DNA of 64,000 nt from Octopus sinensis. Lineage: Eukaryota. The stretch's first letter is position 1; every line of letters begins with the position of its first letter. A program made the position numbers and the translations under genes. Location: NCBI RefSeq assembly GCF_006345805.1, contig NC_042997.1, forward strand, positions 99,138,001 through 99,202,000. Reading direction: 5' to 3'. Below the pieces are notes generated by a model. That model was not told where the DNA came from and made no database searches. It was given only the letters and a program-made list of their open reading frames with translations. This document shows positions 52,886 through 64,000 of the stretch, in pieces.

Positions 52886-53490
52886 ATATATATATATATA
52901 TGAAAAATATTCGGGCATAGACCGTATAGTATTCGTCCACATCTCAGTATGACGAGTGTGAAAATGTGTCGAAACAATCGTAGTGACTTTAAATAAGGTC
53001 GTTCAATCCATTTTCTGTCATGTCTGTCTGTATCTGCGTTTTTGTGTCTGTGTGTATCTGTATCTCTTTGCGTTTGTGTAGGTCTCCCACCATCGCTTAA
53101 CAACCGACCGACTCTGGCTTGTTTACGTCCCCCTAACTTAGCCGTTCGGAAAAAGAGACTGATGAAATAAGTACCAGGTTTTCACAGAAATAAATACCAG
53201 CAGCGATTTGTTCGACTAAGTGATTCAGGGCAGCGCGCCAGCATGGCTGCAGGGAGTGAAACAAGTAAAAGATATGAGAAAAGATATATGACGCGCCACC
53301 ACTGCTCACAACGATGATTTCTACTATATAACAAAATGTATTTCGAACTTGTTATTCTAGATCACTGAGTAATTTGGTTAGCTACACCAGTGCCCCGCAA
53401 CCGACGTGTCACGAGACGATACTTGGTGTGCTGCAGTGTAATCTGAATATAATTTTTTTTCTTATACTTTTAGTCATATTTTTAGTTCAG

Positions 53491-53581
53491 ACGTGCCGCC
53501 GAATTTTGAAGAGAATATAAGTGTACCGCATATGACAAAACGTTATGGAACACTGAGTTACACAGCACAGCAACAGTGTCA
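53491..53581 (+). CDS. Candidate exon (DVPPNFEENISVPHMTKRYGTLSYTAQQQCQ)
   Basis: Long T-rich acceptor and CA|gtatgt donor; weak resemblance to the ADAMTS G-x-x-Y-x-A-x-x-Q-C word. Confidence 0.25.
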
Positions 53582-55212
53582 GTATGTGAATTCTCGGATC
53601 TTTACAAAGCAGATCGGTGCTGTATTAACTTGCTCAGAAATATTGACTTGCTGGTGTAGGTTTTGTTCATGTTGCTGTTCTTGTTGTTGCTGCTGCTGCT
53701 ACTGTTGCTGTTGATGTTGTGGTTGCTACTAATGTTCTTATTGAGAATGTTTAACCCTTGGCATGCTTCAATCGAGCAAGCCTATGATCAAATGTGTTCC
53801 ATCTGTATCCAATACGATTTCATTAGATAGTTTAATGTAAAACTGCTTATTGATACAAATCAATATAAACATCAATATTTTGAAGACGGTGTAGTTTGAG
53901 TGGAAGATTTGGCTCCTTTTTCTAGTATGTCGCGCAACAATGAAAAGGTTCCTTTGTTCTTTTATCCAAGAATATGTTTCGCCTTCTGCTATCAGTTAAC
54001 AAACAGGGACTAGTTCCCCTCAACAATATGCCAAATTAGTAATTTTCAATTCTATATAAGAATATATTTCTAGTCTTACTCTAAAATAATTTCCATAATA
54101 ATTATACACACCCAAGAGACAATAATTAATTAGCGTTCTTTATTATGATACGTAATACTCTTCCTAAACTAATTGCCAAATCTATTCCACCGTATTATTT
54201 ATTCAGTATATTGATTGATGTATAAACAGCTTAGCTAATAGAGCACATAAAAATTTGAACGAATCTAAACGAAACTAAAATCGCAATCATTCGGCTGATG
54301 AACTTGTAGGTTCTCTGTGGGTGGCATTATCCCAAATTTGTTTTAAAGATACTCTATAAATATATTCTCTTATAGTATTTAGTCGTCCATATGCTCTGCT
54401 TCATGGGATCATACGGTAATTCTAAATGTTTCTGGAGAAGAAAAGTCGGTTATCACAGAAAAGATATATTTTCACTTTAAAAATTCCTATAATTATATGC
54501 TGTAACTTTCTGGTTTAAGATTCTGTAGGGCAGGAATTTCCCTTTCATCCCTCTAGGGGTCGAGAGGATAAATGTCATTAAGAGATTAACAGATAATTCA
54601 ATTAATTCTATCGACTACACTCTTTTTCCTGAAAAGTTAGAAATCAATAAGTTTATAACGAATTACTGAGAACTTAAACTTCTAACAAACATCTATCTCA
54701 TATTATCTGATAGATTTATATATATGCGAAGTCTTATGGCAATTATTTCTTATCTGCTAAATATGATAAGAGGTTATAAAATATATAATCATGTTCCTCG
54801 AAGGAAGATAAGTTTGTTTTTCAAATAATGTATTATCAAAATAGTCTCAATTACTAATCTATATCCATAAGCCTAGATATAATTTCTGAATCTGAGTGTG
54901 TACGAATATTTGCTATAATCAATAAACGTGTCCAAACACATAACAAGACAGACACTGCTGTTTTATACATATGTTATTTATGTACACCTATGAGTGTTCA
55001 ATATGATGCTTAGTGTCTTATAAGATGTATTCTATGTTAATACATGTAATGTACATGGACTTACACATTAATAGGAAGCGTTATTTATTATACCTCTCAC
55101 CGTTTCAATGTTTCTAGCCATTATGACTATCCATTATCTATGCTTATAATATTCATCCATTTATCATGATGTAAATACGTTTATATGTTAACTTATATAC
55201 ATACTTATATGC

Positions 55213-55313
<101 letters not shown>

Positions 55314-55432
55314 AATGTATATATGAGAGTGAACGAGGAAGAGAGCGATAGAGAATGGTAGAAGGAAGAAAGGTGTGACGGTTAATGTGAAAATATTTTA
55401 CATTTATTTACTACTATAGTAACATAAAATAT

Positions 55433-55560
55433 GTTAAGAGCGCGAGCCACTAATCCCAAGATTCCGAGTTCGATTCCAGGCAGTGACCTGAATAATAATG
55501 GTAATAATAATAATAATATTAATAATAATAATATTAATAATAATAATAATAATAAAATAA
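55433..55560 (+). mobile_element. Second head plus (AAT)n of the hammerhead-tail SINE family, tail absent
   Basis: gttaagagcgcgagccactaatcccaagattccgagttcgattccaggcagtgacctgaataat matches the 3324-3250 head. Confidence 0.8.
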
Positions 55561-57022
55561 TAAAATAATTACTAAAAAATCATTACTTTGATATGACGTT
55601 ACTGTTAAAAGATGTTAATGTGATACAACATTGCTTATAGAGTGTTATGATGTATACTGGTTCCTTTATATGAAATCTAGCATAGCTTTCTTAAATCTAC
55701 ATGAACTATTATTACTCGTTTTCTCAGAACATTAAAATTTATAGGGTCGAAGGCACCTCATACTTATATAAATGACCTTCAGGATAAGTAAATTAAAGCA
55801 AAGTACTTGTAAAATATTTAATTTATGTTTACTAAAGCATAGGTGTGTCAGTAATGTTTACAAAAACCAATTCAAGACGGATTTATATAACCACTGAACT
55901 CGCTGAATAGAGATTATGAATTATGAATAAGCAAACTTCACATTTATTAAGTTTTCAGATATTAAAGAGAACAGACTACAGGAATAAAATTATTCCACTC
56001 AAGTGGAAGATAACATTTTTTTATGTTTTAGGATAAAGTTTGATATTTTTATAATGCAGACGAATGGTCCGAAGAGAAATGAAACATTTATAAGTAACTA
56101 GAGTTTAATGAATCATTACAATGAACCTATAGAGACGAATAGATTCATTACTGTAGAAAGCCTACTATTCGAAATCCTGCCAATTTTAGAATGCTCTTAT
56201 TAGATCATTCTCTCGATGAAGGACTACTGAATTTAATCGAAAGCACAAGAATAAAAGTAAAGAATTAATACAGGATCTGTTTCATTTCTAATGATCAAAG
56301 GATAAAAAGCTATAGCTGTTCAAAATTTTAGCAATAAATAACAAAGAAGTCACCTACTTAAAATATTTTACTCAAATAAAATAATTTAAAATGAAGTTTT
56401 TAATACTGCGCGATCTCTGCTATTGGATGTAATTTTTATCACTACTATAGAGTATGGTTCAATATTTTACTTTCGAATCTGTATGATAAGTTTGAATTTA
56501 GGTTAATACCATTTCATTATTCTATGGAATTGCATAAGAAATATGTTCGCTACAAACTTGTGGTCATAACGTCGTTTCTTTCTTTCTTGTACAAAATAGA
56601 GCAAGTGTGCTTTGAATTATAATAAATATCATTGTGTTATCGATAGCAATTTACATGAAACTAAAATTTAAGAGCCATGTGTACTATGCTATTAAATATT
56701 ATTACTTATCTTTATTGCAAAACAAAATTATAAGTCATAACTTTTTGAGATATATTTTACTAGATAACTCATTAAGATGATAGCTTTATTGCGTGATGCT
56801 ACTCTGAGAATTTTGAAAACTTTATGTACAAAATGTTTATCGCAAATGATACTTTGTAAATTGCATATATGTATGAGAGTGTATATATATATAACTCATT
56901 TCATATATAAACATATATACATATATATATTATATACATATATATACTTCTAATATAAGGATAATTTTTTTTTATTTCATCAGTGGCCAGTATATCAAAA
57001 TACGAACACAGACACACACACA

Positions 57023-57130
<108 letters not shown>

Positions 57131-57135
57131 ATATA

Positions 57136-58013
57136 CAGGGTGTCCATAAAGTCTCTTTACAATTTTAAAATTTTATTACAAACGCAGTTGACAAGATATC
57201 TTAACCAGATTTATTTTATTGTAATAACTGCTTATTAAAGTTTTTTTAACTGTTATTTAATAGACCTCAATATGAGCACCATTAGTTGCGCGAAGCACAT
57301 CAAGACTGTACTCGATTTCTTGCCATGTTCGTTGTAGGATAGCCACATCAGTGGTGGCAATGGCATTACGAATCCTTTGCTTCAAGTCAGCAATGTCCTG
57401 TGTCTTTGTTTGATACACGATATCTTTTACATACCCCCATAAAAAAAAGTCCAAGGGAGTGATATCTGGCGAATGCGATGTCCATGGAATTGGCCCATCC
57501 TTTCCAATCCATCGGTCTGGAAATGTTTGATTGAGGAACTGACGAATGTGCCGTCCCGAATGTATGATGACTGGCTGTAAATCAATTAGTTGTGGTGCCA
57601 CATATTCGGTCAGATGTTCGAGGTAAACATCTGCAGTAATTGTTGCATCGTTGACGAAAAATGGACCAATTATTTGATGCACATGATTCCACACCACACA
57701 TTCACTTTTGGACTATCCCATTGAAGCACCCTAGTCACATGGGGGTGTTCTGATCCCCAGATTCTCACAATGTGTTTGTTTAATTTCCCTGAAACATGAA
57801 AAGTCGCCTCGTCACTAAAACAAACTCGCTTGAAGAATGCTTCATCCTCATTTTATAGGGGTTCAGTAAATCAGTTCCCTTCCATCAACAGAGTATCTGA
57901 AACACAAAACTTTAATAAACAATTATTAAAATACAACAAATCTGGCTAAAATATCTCATCAACTGCCTTTGTAATATTTTTTAAAATTGTAACGAAACTT
58001 TAAGGACATCCTG
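57136..58013 (-). mobile_element. Internally deleted Tc1/mariner (maT/DD37D-like) element, 878 bp, with both TIRs and TA TSD
   Basis: TA|CAGGGTGTCCATAAAG ... CTTTAAGGACATCCTG|TA, about 80-bp imperfect TIRs; FSDEATFH, KVNVWCG, SPDITPLDFFLWGYVK, NGAHIEVY*. Confidence 0.92.
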
Positions 58014-58094
<81 letters not shown>

Positions 58095-58104
58095 ATAACA
58101 AAAT

Positions 58105-58142
58105 CTGTTACTCTGAGTTTCTCGTTGCCGTTCATCAGACAG
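58105..58142 (-). ncRNA. Minimal type-I hammerhead ribozyme candidate, catalytic core intact
   Basis: CTGT-CTGATGA-A-CG(GCAA)CG-A-GAAA-CTC-A-GAG-TA-ACAG: stem I CTGT/ACAG, palindromic stem III ACTC-A-GAGT, GUA cleavage triplet. Confidence 0.7.
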
Positions 58143-58149
58143 TTTTTGC

Positions 58150-58193
58150 TAGAATGGAACTGATATATCAATTGATATATCAGTTCCATTCTA
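58150..58193. repeat. Perfect 44-bp palindrome
   Basis: tagaatggaactgatatatcaattgatatatcagttccattcta equals its own reverse complement. Confidence 0.97.
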
Positions 58194-58206
58194 TATATAT
58201 ATATAT

Positions 58207-58450
58207 ATAGACCCAGTTCGGTCATGAATGACCCTAGAAAATTCCCATCCAAGCCATAAGTTCGACCAAGATTGTTTTAATGGACGACCAACAGTCGCCC
58301 TTGCACACCAGCTTTCCCTCTCCATGCCACCGATATTATCCAAGGGAAATGCAAAACCGATACAGCTTGCCACCATATCTGCTGCTGAATGAACTGGAAC
58401 ACATACAGCCCGGTCCGGGAATTGAACACACTACTTCATGATTGCGAGCC
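58207..58450 (-). mobile_element. tRNA-derived SINE of a further family
   Basis: Minus head ggctcgcaatcatgaagtagtgtgttcaattcccggaccgggc (B-box-like), then unique body. Confidence 0.6.
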
Positions 58451-58483
58451 TTTATATACACATGTGGGTTGTTGTTGTTGTTG

Positions 58484-58516
<33 letters not shown>

Positions 58517-58984
58517 TGTGTGCGCGTGTAGTCATATACTCATTAATGAAGCCATAAGCTCATTAATCTGCAGAACTCTTGTCCAGACGATAACTAGTGC
58601 GAAACAGAAGCGAGTGTGGATGTTAGTGGAAAAAACACACATCCAATTAGCTCAAAAACATCTTGAGTTAATAAAGCATGTAACAAGATATGATTTAGCA
58701 ATTGCTTCCGCTCTATGCATGTTGGTGCTCTTAACATAGGGAAGGTGTTTGTCCTTTTAATTATTCAATTCATATAACTTGAGTATCAACGGCTTCGCCA
58801 GGGAAAAAATTAATATCTGATTACAATTAAGTTGAAGTTTTATCATCTAAGTTTGTGTCATGTAATCCTCCTATTCTATGATTATTCACTAACCTCCATC
58901 TCCGTTGTATTGCAATTATTCCCACTGTCTGTTTCTTTGATATCTACTCTAATTTATTTAGTAGTTTTGAATTGATTTGTCAAA

Positions 58985-59220
58985 GAAGTAAAAGGTCCTT
59001 CCCAAGTCATATGAGCATAAGGCTGTTTCACGGGTTCTGTGGCATATAAATTTACTCCCAGTCCGTCAGCCCGTCATAGCATTACTCATTTTTGATAGCT
59101 GAGTGGATTAGAATAGCGTGAAATAAAATGTTTTGTTCAAGAAAACAACGTATTGCTAACTATCGAAAACACAATCTTACTGTTATGAGAGCAACACCAC
59201 ACCACTAAGTCGTGTGCCTC
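58985..59220 (-). mobile_element. SINE family D, diverged
   Basis: gctgagtggattagaatagcgtgaaataaaatgttttgttcaagaaaacaacg. Confidence 0.7.
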
Positions 59221-60008
59221 TACAGTTTATTAGCCAAGTATATAATTATTTAATTAGAAATTATGTAATCAATTACTTATCAATTTTTTTGATCGATAAT
59301 CTATTTACTTAAATACTTGCTTATTAATTTAATTCTCAGTTATCTAATCGACATAATGTCTTTCTTAAACACAATTATTCCTCCCCACTGCTACCCCCCT
59401 CCCCCAGCGAAACTATTAGCCAACTACTCCCTATTGTATTATTATTATTCGTCTTATTTTATATCACAGTCTTTTTATTCTAAGGATATTTATTTCTATT
59501 ACCGGTCATTTTTAACGATTATTTTACTTTTTTATGGCAATCTGATATTTTTTTATACCGATCATTTACCTTTTGATAGTAATCTGAGATTTGCTTTCTT
59601 GGTTGTTTAGATGTTTTTAATGAATGACACCGTATTTCACGCGTTAGTAATGCGAGAAGTTGTTTAGCCAATGGGATAATGTGTTTCCTTAATTTTTTAT
59701 TCACATCAGTTGTTTTCTTCCGCCATAGCTGTCATCTGTCAAACCGTTGTCACTCGCAAAATGTCAAGAGTATTGGATTTGAGGTTTCATCCAGATAAAA
59801 TAGCTATACTCCAGGACATTTATATCAACGTATAAGTGTGTCTGTTTACGTATAAGTGAGTCCGTCTTTACAATAGCAGCAGTCAAGAGCCTGTGTTCGA
59901 CAGAGGTCGGCAAATGAGTATCAGACTTCTTTCTTACATGTGAGTCGCTAAAATTAACAGAATCGGAAGACTATGGTTGTGCGTACGTGTATGTATGTTA
60001 CATATATA

Positions 60009-60236
60009 CAGGATTTGGACAAAATAATGGAAACACCTAGCATCATAGCCTCATAATTTTGAAATATCTATAAAACCGTTAAAAAGCTTGATAATTTTTA
60101 TGTTTTTTGAATTTATTATTAGTACTAATATGTTTTAATATGTTTTGCTAAAATTGCTGTTTTTTTTTCAGATATCATCAGAAAAAGGTAATTAAAATTC
60201 ATTAAAATGACAGATCTATCGGACTATCAAAAAGGT
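60009..60236 (+). mobile_element. Tc1-like transposon 5' end
   Basis: TA|CAGGATTTGGACAAAATAATGGAAACACC terminus; transposase start MTDLSDYQKG at 60207. Confidence 0.7.
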
Positions 60237-60792
60237 TTTCCTTCATGGTAGAATTAGTAGTCAAGACTATTTAAGCATTTTATCTGATCAAATTCATATA
60301 TGTTACGGGTCAAATCTTATCAAATTCATATATGTTATGGGATCAAATCTGATCAAATTGTATATGCTTTCTATATCCCTCGCGGATATAAAAATACCAT
60401 TATTGTTATTTACAGGACTGTAAACTCGGCGCTGTATAAAAAATCCATACACACCGAAAGCATATAGAAAGTTTGTTTACATAAAAAAAAAATACGAACT
60501 ATTATAGTTCTTAACTTTGACAGAAATGGGCGGGGACTGATCCGCTGGTATAAAAGTAATACACTTAGTCGCGTTAACAAAGAGATGTGGGTTCGACTCT
60601 CACGCAGATAGGAAAGCCTTCTTTTTTTCTGTCGAGGGCCTATATGCCCCTTTATTAGACTATTTTCCTTAGTCATTGCACGGTGATCGCCATAAGCTTT
60701 AAGCTTATATAAAATTACCATTATTTACAGGATCATAAACTCGGCGCCGTATAAAAAAAAACATTCGCACCGAAGTATATATATATATATAC

Positions 60793-60838
<46 letters not shown>

Positions 60839-60978
60839 TATATTATATATATTATTATATATATATATATATATATACACACACATATATATATATACAC
60901 ATATATAGGCGTGGCTGTGTATTAATATATACTTACGTATGTATGTATGCATATATGTATGTATGTATAACACTAACG

Positions 60979-61137
60979 TGACTGTGTGGTTGAAAGAGTT
61001 GCCCCCCAATCATCTGATCTATGGTTTAGCCATATTGTGTGACATCTTGGGCATGTGTCTTTTGCTAATAGTGGTGGCTGCCCAAAGTTTTTTTTTTAGT
61101 GTATTTAGTTGATGGAACTTACAGAATGTGTGCGTGC

Positions 61138-61183
<46 letters not shown>

Positions 61184-61410
61184 GTGTGTGTGTGTGTGTT
61201 TGTGTACGTGTGTATGCGTGTGCATATGTGTCATTGTTTTTATGTCTGAACACATCACTTGACAACCGGTGTCGGTTTGTTTACGTTACCGCAACTTATC
61301 GATTCAAGGAAAAGGACAACAGCGTAAGTACCAGACTTTGAAAAAGTAGTACTGGGGTTGACTATAACTTTTCAAGATGCTGCCTCAGCATGACTGAAAC
61401 GAGTAAAAGA
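60979..61410 (+). mobile_element. SINE family A, diverged
   Basis: Head, (TG)n and tail collinear with other A copies. Confidence 0.65.
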
Positions 61411-61479
61411 TAAAAAATGTGTGTATGTGTGGTGTGTGTGTGTGTGTGTGTTTCTGTGTGTTTGTGTTTATATATGTAT

Positions 61480-61860
61480 GTGCGGTAAGTAGCTTGTTTA
61501 CCAACCTCATGGTTCCGGGTTCAGTCCCACGTGGCACCTTGGGCAAGTGTCTTCTACTATAGCCTCGGGCCGACCAAAGCCTTGTAAGTGGATTTGGTAG
61601 ACGGAAACTGAAAGAAGCCCGTCGTATATATGTATATATATGCATGTGTGTGTGTTTGTGTGTCTGTGTTTGTCCCCCTAGCATTGCCTGACAACCGATG
61701 CTGGTGTGTTTATGTCCCCGTCACTTAGCGGTTCGGCAAAACAGACCGATAGAATAAGTACTGGGCTTACAAAGAATAAGTGCCGGGCTCGAGTTGCTCG
61801 ATTAAAGGCGGTGCTCCAGCATGGCCGCAGTCAAATGACTGAAACAAGTAAAAGAAAAAA
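61480..61860 (+). mobile_element. SINE family A, well preserved
   Basis: Near-identical to 9048-9505. Confidence 0.88.
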
Positions 61861-62550
61861 GTGTATATCTGTGTAATTTGTTAGCGCCTGCGTGCATACA
61901 GAGAAAAAGAGAGATTCTATTTAAATAAATTCATTTGGTTGCATAAAACAGTGAACAAACGAATCTATCAACATTATATTACTTTATACTGAAAGTTCAA
62001 TCAAGACTCTTTGTGGTGTAACACATTCACATGACATTCTAAATTATAAATAGCATTGTAGGAGAGTTCAGAAAAATTTAATTTTTTTCTTCAATAACCT
62101 GCTTGTTTATTTTTAAAGCATCTCTTTTTAGTGGATTTTTGCATAACCAAAGCATTATATAACACTTTATTATTGAATCCCTGTAACAAGTGAAATTGAT
62201 TGAGGTGTTTGATGCCACAATAGATTGTCATTTTGTAGCGTTTTTCAATGATTTATATTAGGACAAAATGAATTTTTGCGTCGTCTTTGAGTGAAGAGCA
62301 TCCATTTCAGATTCGTTTGTGAAGTGGGAGTTTTAATTTCTTTAAAACGCTTAATCAAACACGTTATGGCAGGTGAACTGAAACGAAAATTATGAATGTC
62401 ATTGTTCTATACTAATTATGTTTAGTGAAGTATGTATATGTGTACGGGTCCATATATGCAGATATATATATATGTGTGTGCGGTGTGTATGTATGTATGT
62501 ATGTATATAATAATTATATATATATGTACATAACTATACATACACAAATC

Positions 62551-62611
<61 letters not shown>

Positions 62612-62612
<1 letters not shown>

Positions 62613-62999
62613 CTTATATAAAATCCGTTGTTCTGTCTGTGTGTGTGTGTCTTGTAGGATCTCGGGCATCTTCCATCCGATTGCGCTCAAATATGATACT
62701 GACGATATCAGGGCGTGTATAAGTCTTTAAAAAATTACAAAAATCGATTCCAGATGATAATCCGAACGATAAAGCCGTGCGAACGTGCATTTGTACGCGC
62801 AAGTAGATCAGCTCTCGCGATCGAGAAAAATGCACGTGCAGTTTGCGCAAAAAAAACCGGCCTGTTTGGTGTCTTAAATTTAGATTAAATCAGTGTTTCT
62901 CAAAGGAGAGGCCTATGGGACGGTCGGACAAGTTTTGAGAAAATTTGGTTTAAATATTTTACAACTCAGCACCGTCTATTGGACGGGGGTGTTTTGCTC

Positions 63000-63000
<1 letters not shown>
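62612..63000 (+). mobile_element. Non-autonomous Helitron-like element
   Basis: a|TCTTATATAAAA 5' end followed by (GT) tract; 3' hairpin CCGTC-tattg-GACGG then CTCG|t (CTAG-like); inserted between A and T. Confidence 0.65.
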
Positions 63001-63047
<47 letters not shown>

Positions 63048-63093
63048 ATATATTTTCGCCTGACAATGCTAAGGATTGTGCTAGTTCACTGCC

Positions 63094-63114
<21 letters not shown>

Positions 63115-63143
<29 letters not shown>

Positions 63144-63175
63144 TAATTATTTTATTATTATTATTATTATTATTA

Positions 63176-63234
<59 letters not shown>
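63115..63234. repeat. (AAT)n immediately followed by (ATT)n, an inverted microsatellite junction
   Basis: Direct reading. Confidence 0.9.
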
Positions 63235-63237
<3 letters not shown>

Positions 63238-63296
63238 TAGTTTTATTTTTATAGCGTGCTTTCACTTCACTACCGAGCACAGCTCTGTGTGCCTTA
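63235..63296 (-). mobile_element. 62-bp 3' tip of the Dong-like LINE at 41106
   Basis: One mismatch to 41106-41167; abuts (ATT)n. Confidence 0.9.
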
Positions 63297-63499
63297 CCTG
63301 TGCATATACCTGTGAGTATGTATTCAGTACTTTAGGAGTTATTTCCCATAACTTTACACCTTATATTTTGACTTTGTTCTGTCCGTTTATTTCTTCAATG
63401 TAAATGTATGTGGTTGTCCCGAATAATTTATAATCGTTTATACTTATTCTTTGAACCCTTTATGATTTTAACCCCCACGGAGCTGCAACAAGACAAGCA

Positions 63500-63990
63500 G
63501 CTGAGTTGTTTTTGTACAATCACTACTCAGTAACTACTGCGGTGTTAGGTCAGTAACTCTTGAATTCTATCATTACAATAATCATTGATTACTACAATCT
63601 TACAGCTATTTCATATTAGAATCACCATTGAAATCTCATTTACAAGCACCTTATTGCGGCCTCATTACAACTAACACTGATTTGTGTCATTCTGACTACA
63701 AATGAGTTGGTGTCATTACTACTGCTATGCTGTATCATTTGCAACATTTGCTAGTGCTGAGATGCTTTCATTACCACCACATCTGATTGTGCCATAATTA
63801 GCGACTTCTGAAGTATTCAAAGCAACCATCATTAAGCTGTGTCATTTGAACCTCAACTGAGCTGTTTATTTGTAATCACTACCAAACTGATTTATTGCAA
63901 CGTTCATTGGGGTTGTCATTGTAATCACAGCATAGTCATATCATTACGAACCCTATAGATGTATATCACTATAAAGCCACACTGAATTTA
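63500..63990. repeat. Decayed minisatellite, unit about 24 bp (gctgtgtcatttgtaatcaccact-like)
   Basis: Recurring gctg...tcatt...aatcac words; runs to window end. Confidence 0.45.
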
Positions 63991-64000
63991 TAAAGGCTGT

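Overview
AT-rich eukaryotic DNA that is mostly intronic or intergenic and dense in microsatellites and transposable-element debris. The SINE repertoire looks like an octopus/coleoid cephalopod (inference from recall, not a database result). Most ORFs in the supplied track are translations of (TA)n, (CA)n, (GATA)n, (ATGT)n or (ATT)n repeats. Protein-coding remnants that can be recognised are: a CR1-group LINE RT (4.5-5.9 kb), three R4/Dong-type RLE LINE bodies plus one 3' tip, all beside (TAA)n, a decayed XPG/PIN-nuclease-bearing (Academ-like) DNA transposon (18.3-20.6 kb), and Tc1/maT fragments. A non-autonomous Helitron-like element and about 25 tRNA-derived SINE copies (my labels A-D) are also present. 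The most interesting signal is a set of minimal hammerhead-ribozyme motifs of the Penelope-like-element (PLE) type. One has an intact core and sits next to a perfect 44-bp palindrome in a ~100-nt unit inside (TA)n (58.1 kb). One forms the tail of a tRNA-headed SINE flanked by an 11-bp TSD (1.9-3.3 kb). One is decayed (10.4 kb). There are also two long fold-backs and an antisense 18S rRNA fragment inside a SINE. No host gene could be named; several exon-like islands are reported at low confidence. SINE and microsatellite boundaries are approximate. Irregular breaks in the (TA)n tracts suggest some indels may be sequencing errors.
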